Shown: positions 25,521 through 37,535 of the stretch, in pieces
Layout of the letters: every line of letters starts with the position of its first letter
Numbering within the stretch: the stretch's first letter is position 1
DNA from: Octopus bimaculoides
Lineage: Eukaryota
Length of the DNA stretch: 63,955 nt
NCBI RefSeq assembly: GCF_001194135.2
Contig: NC_068989.1
Coordinates: forward strand, 68,511,710-68,575,664
Direction of reading: 5' to 3'
The notes under the pieces: model-generated
Database searches by the model: none
What the model was told of the DNA's origin: nothing
The model's input: the letters and a program-made list of their open reading frames with translations, nothing else
Position numbers and translations under genes: made by a program

Positions 25521-27859
25521 CTTTATTTGCCTTTTCTAATACACCAATATACAAACGTATAGATGAAATGTAAGTCAGTTATATGTATTGCACTGTTCTT
25601 AACATAAGGTTACACACCTAATTTATTACCTTTCACGTAAAAAAATTTGGTTACATTTTTTGATCGTCTACATTTGTTCATTTTATACTATTTTATATTC
25701 AGCAACGATCATTCTACCCTAATCGACAACCTCCTTCTTCCCTTCTATTAACTTCATTAAATGATATATATTATGACTTTAAATCAATCACAACTTTGCT
25801 TAAATTTAAATTATATAAATAATATAACACGAGGGAAGTGTTTTGTTGACAGCGGTCCAATCCTAACATGGGTTTTTACTTCGAGGAGCACTTTTTAAAG
25901 TCAATTTTGTTTATTACCTATTAATCAATGCATTTTATTCAGAAAAAAATCACGCAATTAACATGCCTTAAATGAATAATTATATGATTATTGATTAATT
26001 TGTTTTTGCTTTTTTTTTTTGCTTTGTTTTTTTCTATAACACACCTCATAAATATGTAAATATTTTTCTCTTTATTTTCAAATTTAAATTCAAGATTAGA
26101 GTGCAAGACTGACATTTACAACAGAGATAACTGATTCGACTTTAAAACTGCCAAGATGATTATTATAACCTGTGAAATAAGATGTAGTGCTGTTAATGAT
26201 CAGGACATTTCTGTTGCTACTATTTAACGAAATTATCATTTCAAAAATTAAATGAACCGCTGCAGAGTTAAGAATTGATCATAAATCAATATTGCTGAAC
26301 ATATTCGCAAAGAGGACTGTTGTTAGAATATAATGAGATACCAAACCCAGTGGTCTGCGATTGGCAACAGTTAATCACATGAAAAATCTAGTAGCGGAGT
26401 TCGATAATTCCACTTGATACGAGGATTAACAATTAACAATTTTAACATTTTTGGTCGCTTGTATTTCATCAGAGAGAAAAGAATGTAAAGTATTCAACTG
26501 CGGCTTATAAGTTTGCTTTAATCTTTAATTTTAATCAGAAAATAAAAAGGAAATACTTACGCATTTAACAGATAGCCAGAGTAAATAAATCAATAGTTAT
26601 TCATTTATGGTATATTAATTGCGTTATTGATCTTTTCTTAATCAAATTCCTTAATTAATGGGTGGTAAACGAAATCGTAAGATTGCAGCTCGTTCAAAAA
26701 ACAGCTCTCTCATGTTACTTTATTCATATACATTAACTTTAAACAAAGCCATGATCGTTTTGAAATCAAAATTTGTACAATATAATACACCCAACAAAAA
26801 GTAAGACGGACATTTCTTGGTTAGGGTTGAATAAGCATTAGGGTAGAATATAAAATAACAACGTACGAAATGTACAAAATGCAATCGGTAAAAAATTGTA
26901 ATTAAAATGATTTACGTGAAAAGTCATAAATTGGAATTTAACGTTTTTGTGAGAACAATGGAAATACACATAATACCATATTATCGTATGATGTATATTT
27001 TCTGCAGTCGATATTTTACTTGTACTTGTTTTCGGAGTTGTTGCTTTGACCATAAGCTTTTAAGCTATGTCAGCTAATAATTAAATCAATAACACCTTAT
27101 CTTTCTCCAACACTCTTGGTCGAAGACGAACAACCCGAAACGTTAACCTCTTCACTTCTGATGTTAGATAATTACTGATATTTTGAACATTTTTAAGAGG
27201 AAGTTTCATTTAGAACGCATTCTTCAAAATAAAAATGAATACAAGGGCCTGAACAAAGACTATTGTTAGTAATTCTACAGGAAACTTAGTGAATTATATT
27301 GATTTGAAGTTACTTAGAGTTATTCCATTTTGGAATTATAAGTAAAAAATGATTACAAAATATTTTATCGTTATCAAATATTGAAAACTGTTATTAAAGG
27401 TAGATTCTTTGTTAGTCCCTAGATATTTTGAAGATAACGTACTTTTTTATGAACTGTAATGAACTATTCCTTTGTATTTTAATTATTGTTCAAGTAGATT
27501 TTGACTGAGTTAAATGATGTATGATTACGTAAAAGACTTTCGTCTTAATGTCGTTAACTTCATAAAAATAATTGATGCAGGCATTTATACTTAACCAGTC
27601 TATAGAGATCGTTGGCTTTTACTTATTTATTGTTAGCCGTTTGTAAAATGACATTGCTGGTAAAGCTAAATTCCTACATTTCAAGTCATCTGAGGATAAA
27701 TGCAAAAATGAAAGAAATTTGTTGTGCTATAACATTTGTTGTATTTTATTTTGAGTTTAAGATTTGACAAGCTCTTGATATTGACCTTAAATTATAAATT
27801 TACAGCAGTATGTCTTGAAATTGCTGGCCTTGTGCCAAAATTTGAAACCATTATTATTA

Positions 27860-27955
27860 TTATTGAGTGAGAGAGCAGTGCATGCCATCAAAGTGACACT
27901 GGGGTAAAATATATGAAGCCCAGTATAGTCATCATGACTATCCGTCTGATAATAA
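27860..27955 (+). repeat. Fragment of an unclassified dispersed repeat
   Basis: gagtgagagagcagtgcatgccatcaaagtgacactggggtaaaat resembles a recalled octopus repeat; only one copy in this window. Confidence 0.35.
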
Positions 27956-27980
27956 ACCTGCATGTTCTATTAGAACAAAC

Positions 27981-28272
27981 TTGCCATGAAAGAGAATCTC
28001 ACATTGGCTTTTTGGTGGAAAAGGCACTCTTGTCTATATCGCTAGCGGGGAGACTAATCTCTGCTACCTCAGCGTTGAGACCACCAGACCACGTGATTTT
28101 GACCTTGTTTGATCATGTCAATGATGAACACCCGACCCCTAGAGGCAGCAACGATTCATCTGGTGATCTGATCTCGGCGCTGGAAATAGCGGAGATTTGT
28201 CTCCCCGCTAGCGATATAAACAAGAATGCATTTTACACCGAAATGTCAATGTGAGAATTTCTTACATGGCAA
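27981..28272. mobile_element. Foldback/MITE-like element with ~110-bp imperfect inverted arms
   Basis: ttgccatgaaagagaatctcacattgg...tatatcgctagcggggagactaatctctgcta is the reverse complement of tagcggagatttgtctccccgctagcgatata...aatgtgagaatttcttacatggcaa. Confidence 0.85.
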
Positions 28273-28552
28273 CTACCGCAGTAAAATTTGTTCTCATGGA
28301 ACATTCACATTTAAGTGAATGTTCCTCTCGATATTGTATGTGTTTATTATTTTCTTTATTGCACGTCATTATTTTTAGACAAAGTTTCTTCCTTGTATAA
28401 CGTCCATGATCCACCCAGACCCGTACAGTGTTTATATAATTTTGTTTTGTTATCCCTACACGTTTTTGCAAACTTCCTTTTTTTAACGTGCCATATTCAA
28501 TTTATGAATGAACTTGAATGTTTTTGCGCTTTATGACTAAATAAAGAATTTT

Positions 28553-28800
28553 TATCATCATCATCGTCATCGTCATCATCGTCATCGTCAACCTCATCAT
28601 CTTTGTCATCGTCGTTGTCGTCGTCGCTATCATTATCCTCATCATCAACATCATTATTGTTGTTGTTGTTTCTGATGTTCTTATTCTTATTGTTCTTGTT
28701 ATTATTATCATAATCATCATCATCTCTATCTTCTTCATTATCATTATTATTATTATTATTGTTGCAACTAGTATTTGATCAACATCATCATCATCATTGT
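28553..28800. repeat. Compound (CAT)/(CGT)/(ATT)/(GTT) trinucleotide repeat
   Basis: Directly visible. Confidence 0.9.
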
Positions 28801-28904
28801 TGTTACTGATTTTTTTGTTTATGCCCTGAGCAGACATCTGTAACAGAATTAACAAAAGAATTTGAATATGACCACGTTTTACTTCATACAAAATTCTCAA
28901 TTAT

Positions 28905-28912
28905 TATTAATG

Positions 28913-28970
<58 letters not shown>
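28905..28970. repeat. (ATT)n microsatellite
   Basis: Directly visible. Confidence 0.95.
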
Positions 28971-29339
28971 GCTATGAAACGAGTGTCCATCTCGTTTACC
29001 TTGAGTTTAAAAAAATGAAGTATTGCTTTTGGATATGTTTAAAATATATTTTGCTTTTTGTCAGTTTTCCTTTACTCACGAAACCATATGGTTTCTTCGT
29101 CTGGTATAGTGGTAAGAAGTTTTAACAATAAAGCTGGTTGCAATGTGTACACCCCCAAGGAAAGAAAACTTGTCGAAAATACCAAAACGGAATTTAAGAA
29201 AGATAAACAGAAAAAAATAACGAACAATTAACAAATACTGCAAACAGACGCATTAAACATTTAAACTTTTACAAAAGAATATTATTTATAGAGCTAATAA
29301 CAATAATAGTAGCATTGTTAGCATTACTAGCGGAAGAGA

Positions 29340-29960
29340 GTGACTTAATAAAAGATATGAGGAGGCGAAGGGTGTTTTACAAAGAATAATACGTAATTGC
29401 TTCTAGAATATATCAAGGAACTAACGATTGGAAGAGTGGCTATCCTTGTCTTGCCATAAAAGAAAGGAGGCTTCTTTATGCCAACGAAACGACTAAAGGT
29501 AGCCTTGGCCTGATGTGTAGAACAATAACACTCCTCCATCGGCAGATGCAGAGACTAAGGAACAGGCTATTCACAACCTTATTCAAAACTAAGAACAGGT
29601 CACAAGGCAGGTTGAAGTGGGTGTCACGTACGTTCCCAGGAGATCGTGTTTCAATACAATATTTGGAGGGCGGAACAAAATGGTCACAGTAGAGAATGTT
29701 GAGGATTTTGGCCTTTAACTTACCGTCAGTTTTGTGGAGCAATACTGGCAGATGGTAAACTCCAAGGTAAGAAGGAAAGCTATGTAGTCGGGTAGTGTCA
29801 CAATGTCCTAATCATCTCCGAATATTATAGAGTCATATCTATTGTGGATGCAGAAAGAACATCCAAGGGACTAGTGATGAGCAGAAAGCCTCGTTTTTAG
29901 ACATGCCTCAATAAGAACGACTTGAGGACTTTCTGTCAGGAGGAGATCGAAAGACAAAGA
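29340..29960 (-). mobile_element. Probable LINE AP-endonuclease region remnant
   Basis: Minus-strand SIIFGDD* (cf. IIxGDFN) and ETRSPGNVRDTHFNLPCDLFLV (cf. TRxP...LDLxL); heavily decayed. Confidence 0.45.
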
Positions 29961-30131
29961 ATAAAGGCTGTAAAAACTGCAACAAGCATGACCTAGTACT
30001 CATAGCCTTGTAAATTACAAATGAAATGTGTCCTATGATTATGCGACACTATGACTTAAATAATAAAAACAGTTACATTTGTAACTATAGATGTCAATAT
30101 TCTTGTCAATAAAAACTTCACTGATAATAAT

Positions 30132-30470
30132 TTAGAAGTTGGATGTTGAGGGTTTGTTGGACACAGTGTGAGACGACTGCTGTTATCGTTAGGCCTAACT
30201 CATCGTAAGGTAAATACCATCATGACCGATATCCAAACTACAGTGGAGAAGGCTAGCCACTGGATTTGGTTAAAAAGAGACGATGAGCGATGGCTAGAGA
30301 AATATTGAGCTTTGTTTTTAATAACCAGTTGATCTAGCAAGCGGGGCCTCATATGAGTGAGGAGGGCCAGTGCGCATTGATGCCGTCGAGATGTAGGCCT
30401 CGAAACGGCGCACATTCTCTCCTGATGACCTCATACGTTTGCTGGCTTCCGGTATGCGGGGTTCTCGACT
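30132..30470 (+). mobile_element. HERO-like RLE non-LTR retrotransposon 3' end (C-terminus plus 3' UTR)
   Basis: 30132-30308 reads LEVGC*GFVGHSVRRLLLSLGLTHRKVNTIMTDIQTTVEKASHWIWLKRDDERWLEKY*, matching the EVGCRGF...AExASxWLWxKR...W C-terminus typical of HERO elements; a GC-rich structured UTR follows. Confidence 0.8.
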
Positions 30471-31104
30471 GGTAGAACTTGCATGTGCGAGTTATTTGCA
30501 AGACATCAAATAGCACTAAGGGAACTGCAACCTATTTTTTCTTTGCAAATATCTAAATTTTAGCAATCGCTATTGTAATACACAATGAGAAGAATAACCA
30601 TTTTGACGGTATAAAATAATTTTTGTGACAAACTTTTCTAAGTTACAGACTGTAGATGTACTTATAGATGAATGAATTTATTGTGCTGTTGTTAGCCAAA
30701 TCTTTCCAAGTCTGCTTAGCAGTTTGATAAATTTCTCACAATGTATGGCAGTATGATGCCTTGAAATCAATTCCAAAGTATTCTGCGAAACAAACACAAT
30801 AGATGTAAAGTTAAATGCATTGAAATTTTGAATTTAACGTCGAATCTACAGTCTGTTACAGCGTTGAATAGTCGACATATACATACTAGGAAATGCATAC
30901 GTACATAGAAACATACATGCATACATTCATAAATATATACGTACATTTAGTTTAGCAAACAAAAACAAGATTTGCACATGTTGTTATATTAATTTCGTCA
31001 CATAGCTCTATTTAGTTTGTCACCAGGTAAGTTCAAAGAATTCAGTGAAGTAGCTTTTGTCTTGTCGATAGCTCAGTGTCTGCCGTGTCTGTAACGCTTT
31101 AGTA

Positions 31105-31425
31105 ATATGTGCGTTTCATTGTGTATCAATGTGTGTCTGAGCGTGTGTGTGTGTGTATACGTGTGTGCGTATTTGTATGCGTGTGTGTGTGTGCATGTAT
31201 GTATGTTTATATACATACATGCATATACATATGTATATATACATATTTATACGCATATATATATATACATGCATACATATATGTATGTGTGTGGGCGTAT
31301 ATATATATATATATATATATCCGCCGTATTTGTATGGCATTAAAAAGTATATAGATATGTAGATAGACATATCTACGTTGGTATATTTCATGACAGAAAT
31401 TCAAGGAAACAGGAAATCAAAGACC

Positions 31426-31456
<31 letters not shown>

Positions 31457-31490
31457 CATACATACATACATACATACATACATACATACT
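31105..31490. repeat. TG/TA low-complexity tract and (TACA)n microsatellite (31427-31490)
   Basis: Directly visible. Confidence 0.9.
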
Positions 31491-31499
31491 ACAAATGCC

Positions 31500-31904
31500 T
31501 AGGCATTGCCGAAAACATACATAGAAGGTTCTGTGAGGAAAGATAGAGGGACTCGAGAATTTTATACTAGACTTACAAGACAATATCACACAATGTATTT
31601 GTAACACAACTGTTGATTTCAACATTTGGGATACTTGACTGGTTTGTAGGGTAAATCCACTCCATAGACATTAAAACTCACAAGATTCTGTCATAAACTT
31701 CCTCAGAGACAGTGATAACAAAGCGATGAAGGAGGCAGAGGTTTGAGATCAATACAGATATTCGAATTTCGTATAGTCTCTTTGAAACAGCACTTGATAA
31801 ACATCAGTAACAAAAGTAAATACATAAACTTAGTGCTGAAAATCGAAGAGAACAACATCCTGTGTCGGCAGTGAATTTCTCGGGAAGCATGCTCTCTTCC
31901 TCTG

Positions 31905-31989
<85 letters not shown>

Positions 31990-32532
31990 CGCTCTCTCTC
32001 TCTCTCCGATAATCTCCCACACAACCCCAAAACAGCTGGACAAACATACCTCAATGAAGACCTGGATGTAAAACGATCATCGTACCAAAAAAACGAAAAG
32101 ACTACATGGGATTCCCGAAGACTTAAAGAAGACAGTAATATCAACGTGAAGTGCAGCCTCTCGCATTCGTAACTGCTGCATCACACTTCGAAGGCTGTGC
32201 ATTTGAAATCCAAGAACAGGAGACTGCTACGAAATACCTAATAAACAAAAGAGGCAGTGAAATTTCTGCAGCTCCGCTATGCAACCGAAAATGTAGATTA
32301 TGCGATATTTTCGCGGAAGACATCACACATGTGATTAGCATCTGCCCAAAAATGTCATCAAGGTACTACCTCCCTATACAACGTTGTTACAAAAGCGATA
32401 CACAATGCCGTTCGAAAAAATAGACAGCCTTGAATTGAAAAGAGAATCCCCCTGTTATTGAATACGTACAACACATTGAATACTGATGGAAGATTCTCAT
32501 CAAAACAACTGTCAAGTGTAAACATAATCGGC
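31500..32532 (+). mobile_element. R4/Dong-like RLE non-LTR retrotransposon remnant, interrupted by (CT)n at 31907-32005
   Basis: TFGILDW, DIKTHKIL, EGGRGLRSIQIFEFRIVSLKQHL, SHFEGCAFEIQEQE, CCHC finger CRLCDIFAEDITHVISIC (32292-32345), then WKILIKTTVKCKHNR where the RLE PD motif would follow. Confidence 0.85.
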
Positions 32533-32589
32533 AATTTGTATCTCTATGTTATATCATTAATTTGATACAACTTGTCCAGTCGTTGCTGA

Positions 32590-33757
32590 ACTGTTTATTC
32601 TTTATTTTCATATATAACATATAAACATTAATTGTTTATTCTGTATTTTACAGTTTTGATGATGAGTGGTGAAAAAATTGCAATTAGTCCCACTTGTGAC
32701 TACCAGTGAAAGAGTGAGACGACTTGAGATTACCAGTGAAAGGGTGAGACTACTGAGTGCAAGAGCAGCTGCAAAATAAATTAATGATATGAAAGGCGCA
32801 GGAGCTGTCAACGAACGTGTAACACTAAGCTGGTTCAGATGTTTCAAGGAAGGTAGCACCAGCCTCGAAGACAAACTAAGTCCAGGGAAATCTTCTGTTG
32901 AGAAAGATGAGGTTTTGCTTGAAATGGTTGAACAACTAAGTACAAGCATTTGTACCATGCTATTGACAGCTTTATAAGTTCGGTCTTGTGAATAGACGCT
33001 GTCGAAAAGTTCCTCATGAACTGACCAATGACCAGACTCAGCAATGCGTGAACATTTGCAAACAATTGCTGGCAAATCTTCGAGATGCCCGTTTTTGTCG
33101 TCGAATTGTAACTAGGGATGAAAAATGGATCTGTTTTCGTAATCCTAATAAGAAAAATCAGCAGATTTGTTCCAGCCAGGCTTCAGAACTAATTGTCAAA
33201 CAAGGGTGGTTTGAACCGACGGTCATTTTGAGTGTTTGGTGAAATTTATAAGGGAGTGTTGTACTTTGATCTTGTCCCAGATGGTCATGCTGTGAATGCT
33301 AACTTTTATGCTCAACAGTAGCTGCTACTCGGCATTGGACAATCGAAGACTCACAATCCTACAGCTAGACAATGCCCAACACACACTGCAAATGTAACCA
33401 AGCGCAATCTTCCGGAACTTGAGGGGCTGAAAGTGCTGTCTCACCTTGCTTACAATCCAAACCTTGCACTGTCAGATTACCACCTCTTTCCGAGCAATAG
33501 CTCATTTCCTGTACAAACGGAAGTCAACAATTTGGAAGAAGCTGAAAACGAATTCAGGGAGTTTGTTTTGTTTTTTGTTTTTTTTTGCCTCCAGTCGAAT
33601 GCTATAAGTGTGGAATTGAGCTTCTGACACAGCCATGGCAACTGACAATATAATATGATAGGATATATCTTCATGAATAAACGTTTTTCGTATGTAATTT
33701 GTTTGAGCTATTAGTTGAAGCTTGAAATATGAAAAACATTTGATTCAACCCGGTATA
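32590..33757 (+). mobile_element. Mariner transposon remnant, nearly complete transposase pseudogene
   Basis: GAVNERVTLSWFRCFKEG, KVPHEL, IVTRDEKWI, LDNA, HLAYNPNLALSDYHLF; frameshifts and stops; 3' TIR-like aaaaacatttgattcaacccggtata. Confidence 0.9.
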
Positions 33758-34218
33758 TGTACGTAAGCATTGTTTCTGCTGGGAGTCTCTTTATTGAAGG
33801 CTATGTGTGTAAGACACTTGAAAGGAGAACAATTTGTAGATATTCGTTTTGAAAAACCAACTGATAAACTATGTTTAAGGAAAATTCTGAAAGATCTGAA
33901 CAAGAAATATCTATCTGATTATCTACGTATATAGTCATATAAATATGTATGCATAAGTGTGTGCATATATATGTATATACATATACATGTATATATTGTG
34001 GGGATGGTGGTAGGCTTACGAACTGAGCTGATAGATTTAAAAGCAATTGGAAACTAAGCGTTCAGAAAATTATGTTTTTGATATATTCAGGCGTATTACG
34101 ACATATAATATGATATCCCAAGTAGCAAGCTAATCTTAAAATAGCAATATTCTTAAGAAACTGTGAGCAGAGAAAAAGAGACATAGTGAATATGCATGTA
34201 CAAGTATGTGTATGCATG

Positions 34219-34438
34219 TACGAGAGGATACTGAGAAGTTCCTAGCTTTAAGAGTATCGCAAAATGCCTGATTGGGGGCCCAGCCATTCGAGTTCTTTTA
34301 CAGGGCTTCGAAAAACTGGAGGACGGCTGCAATACGTGTGTGAATCTGAGAAAGGAATATGTTAAATAAATTCATAATTAACTGATCTTCCTGTATTTTC
34401 TTTTAACCAAAGCGGAAACCTTTCAGCACCCTTCTGCA
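34219..34438 (+). mobile_element. Mariner-derived non-autonomous MITE
   Basis: Termini tacgagaggatactgagaagttcctagcttt and aaagcggaaacctttcagcacccttct are imperfect inverted repeats; the interior retains FLQGFEKLEDGCNTCVNLRKEYVK*, a mariner C-terminus. Confidence 0.8.
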
Positions 34439-34542
34439 TGTATGTCTGTACGTTTTTGTGTAAGTATATATGTTTGTATGCTTGTGTATATGGAGAAGTG
34501 GTCAATATATAACATGAATCTCTTAAGATAACATGCTTAGTT

Positions 34543-34781
34543 GCAGTACGTACGTTTCGTACAAGCTTCATTTATTCATGTAGTGAGAACACCACATAAC
34601 ATGTGCAATGAAATTGTACTCCTCAGCTGCATAATGGAAGTTCATTTCAGAAAGCCATTTACAAAACGGCTGTCTGAAATGAACTTTCATTATGCAGCTG
34701 AGGAGTACAATTTCATTGCACATCTTATGTGGTGTTCTCACTACATAAATAAATGAGGCTTGTACGAAACGTACGTACTGC
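34543..34781. repeat. Near-perfect 239-bp foldback hairpin (114-bp arms, 5 mismatches, 11-nt loop)
   Basis: 34543-34656 is the reverse complement of 34668-34781. Confidence 0.95.
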
Positions 34782-34963
34782 TATGACCTAATGCATTTTT
34801 GTTGCTTTTCTTCAAATTTAATTCTCCAAATCTCTTGATTTTGCTTTTGGATTTTACCCTACCAAATTCTGGTGCCACAAAAATTTTAAGTACCTCATCC
34901 AATCTTTTGATTGAATCTATATTATTATATTATTATATATATATATATATATANNNNNNNNNN

Positions 34964-35011
<48 letters not shown>

Positions 35012-36303
35012 ACACAAACACACACACACACACATATATATATATCTATATATTAACCCTCTCTGCATTAAACAAGCAGAAAATACTGTCTTTAAATATC
35101 TTATATAAAATATATATTTGTGTGTTTGCGCGCGAGATTGCGTGTTTGTTAATGGAGTAGAAATCTATGAATCAGTTTCTTTAATTCTTAAGTGTGAAAG
35201 ACATAAATTCCTTACATTATTTCAAGTAGTTTATCCTTGCTTTCACTCTAGATACATATATCAAGAAATCTATTATCAGTTAAATCTTATAAGTTTCTTC
35301 AGAGAACATCTGATAATTAAAATTAAAATTCTAATCAGTTTCACGTAATATATTCTCCGTGTTAATGAATACAATTGTTTCTCTTTTGACTAATCAATAT
35401 TTAGCCACAAGATCTTTCCAATCTTAGGCTAATGGATATGTTCGTTCTTAATTATTCGACGATATTAATATTAGCATAAATATCAGTATATATCATTTCC
35501 AATCATGTATTCCTTCTATTAGTATATCAATATAACTGCTAACACTTTGATAAACTTGCTGATATGTTAGCATATGTATGTAGATAGTAAAGTGCGAATA
35601 AAAATAATTAGTATTTTAATGTAATTATAACCTGCAATTAGAGATTAAGTTTCAGTCCACTGGTGTTAAGCGAATAGGAAATAAGTTTCCTACTCTCAAC
35701 GTCAGTTTGATACAAGTAATTTTTCCTGACTCGTATAATTGGATTTAGCACGACAGGACTCTGACTCCCTCTATCTTACTCTCTCTCCTTCAATCTTTCT
35801 CTCTTTCTTTCGTACACAAAACACACACACATACACTCACGCATATACATACATACGTACATACATACATACATACATACATACACACATATATGTACAC
35901 ATAGATGCCATAAAGTATTTAGCAAAGGTCTTTTCAATGAAAATTTCCTTTCGAAAGCTATTGCGAGGTTTACGTGGGCTGTCGAAATAGAGAAAATAGC
36001 AGTGAATCTAAAATAACATTCTTCTGTACTAAAATCTACAATGGATAATGAAGTCCTAGATACAAGCTTCTAGAAAACGAAACAAAATGATCACTACTGA
36101 AAATCTTTGGGCCATGAAGGAAACAAAGGACCACTGATGAGGTCACAGAAGTGTGACGAAAGAACTCTGGCCGAAATAAGATTAAGATTAATGTAATATA
36201 AAGCTGAAGCAAATTAACACAAAATATACAGTGCGTGTGTTTTTATTGGCTAAACTGGCAATATGACCATCCCCAAGTACAACAACATATATATATATAT
36301 ATA

Positions 36304-36930
36304 TACAGGGTGAGTGGAAGTAGCTAGGCATTAGAAATTGCTTATAGAAATTTTAGTATCACTGAAGACATGATGAAAACATTTTTAAACAGACAACACT
36401 AATGGGAATTTATTTTCTTATTGCCTTATTTCTTATTTCTTATTTTCCAGATGGCCGGTCGCTTGACTGTTCATGAGCGAGCTAAAATAGCAGCATGCTT
36501 TGAAGTATAGAATTCCATTGTTTTGGTTCAGAGATGGTGGCATGCATGGAAAGGTAAGCATGCAACACTACGTCCAGAGACAATAAAAAGTTGTCATGCA
36601 AAGCTGATGACCACGGGTTCTGTGAACGATACAAGAAGAAGTGGCCGTCCAACCACATCCCGATCAGTGGAGAATGTGGCAACAGTGCAGGAAATGTTCA
36701 ATCGCAGCCCGCAAAAATCAACACATCAAGCAGCTTGCGAAAGTGGACCAACAAGACACACAATACGTACGGTATTGCATAAAGAAGTGAATTTTCGTCC
36801 GTAGGAACCCCATTATATGAACGAGCTAAAACCTGAAGACTATGACCACAGAAATCCAGAAGTCCAGAACTCTACGAATTACAGATCTCACTCCATGTGA
36901 TTTTTACCTGTGGGAGTTACACAGAAGTTC
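36304..36930 (+). mobile_element. Tc1/mariner-superfamily remnant (DUF4817-like HTH N-terminus, internal deletion)
   Basis: TACAGGGTG terminus; ATG at 36451 gives MAGRLTVHERAKIAACFEV*NSIVLVQRWW...GSVNDTRRSGRPTTSRS...; DLTPCDFYLW at 36884-36913. Confidence 0.8.
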
Positions 36931-37424
36931 TTACTTCTTTTACAAGAATTATTATTCGTTATAACTAATGACTATTGTTTTTATTACAGGTGTAATGTTA
37001 ATTAGCTGAACAAGGTGGAAGTACGACTCACTACTCAAAGTTATTCCAGACATGACAAATCAATTTTTTTTCAATTTAGGAATACAGTATGTAATGTTTT
37101 TTTCACATTTTTAAGAGAGCAGCGTTCAATATGATTAAGATCTGATTACAAATTCTAGCAGCTTCAGTAACTGTCAACAGATAGGCGACCGTGTTAGCTC
37201 ATCCGTGTACACATACACACAAACACACACACACAATGTATCATATATATCATTTCTGTTTTAATGTGATAGGGTGTAATATGAGGTAGATTTAGCTGCT
37301 ATTTCTAGTCGGTCGAACATTTATTCTAAGTTTCCTCAGCTGGCTTTTGATAGCTTTTGATGTACTAGATTCAAGTTGAGTCGAGAATACTTACACTGGT
37401 ACTATTACGAGTGATGAATTGTCA

Positions 37425-37535
37425 TAGTCGTTGGAGCGTCGAACAAATTGTGCTACTTGTTCCGACTCTGTTTGCTCAAAGCTCAAATCTTGTCAAGGTC
37501 AACTTTGCTTTTCATTTTTGGGATTGATAAAAAAA
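37425..37535 (+). mobile_element. Degenerate SINE family B copy
   Basis: aagctcaaatcttgtcaaggtcaactttgcttttcatttttgggattgataaaaa...gtacca. Confidence 0.65.

Noticed and set aside
27116-27150. Hammerhead-like ggtCGAAGA...ccGAAACGTTaacc
   Set aside because: The CUGANGA box is broken and helices I and II barely pair; possibly a very old Penelope relic but not supportable
30400-30435. GAAA...CTGATGA in the HERO-like 3' UTR as a permuted hammerhead
   Set aside because: The required helix II cannot be formed
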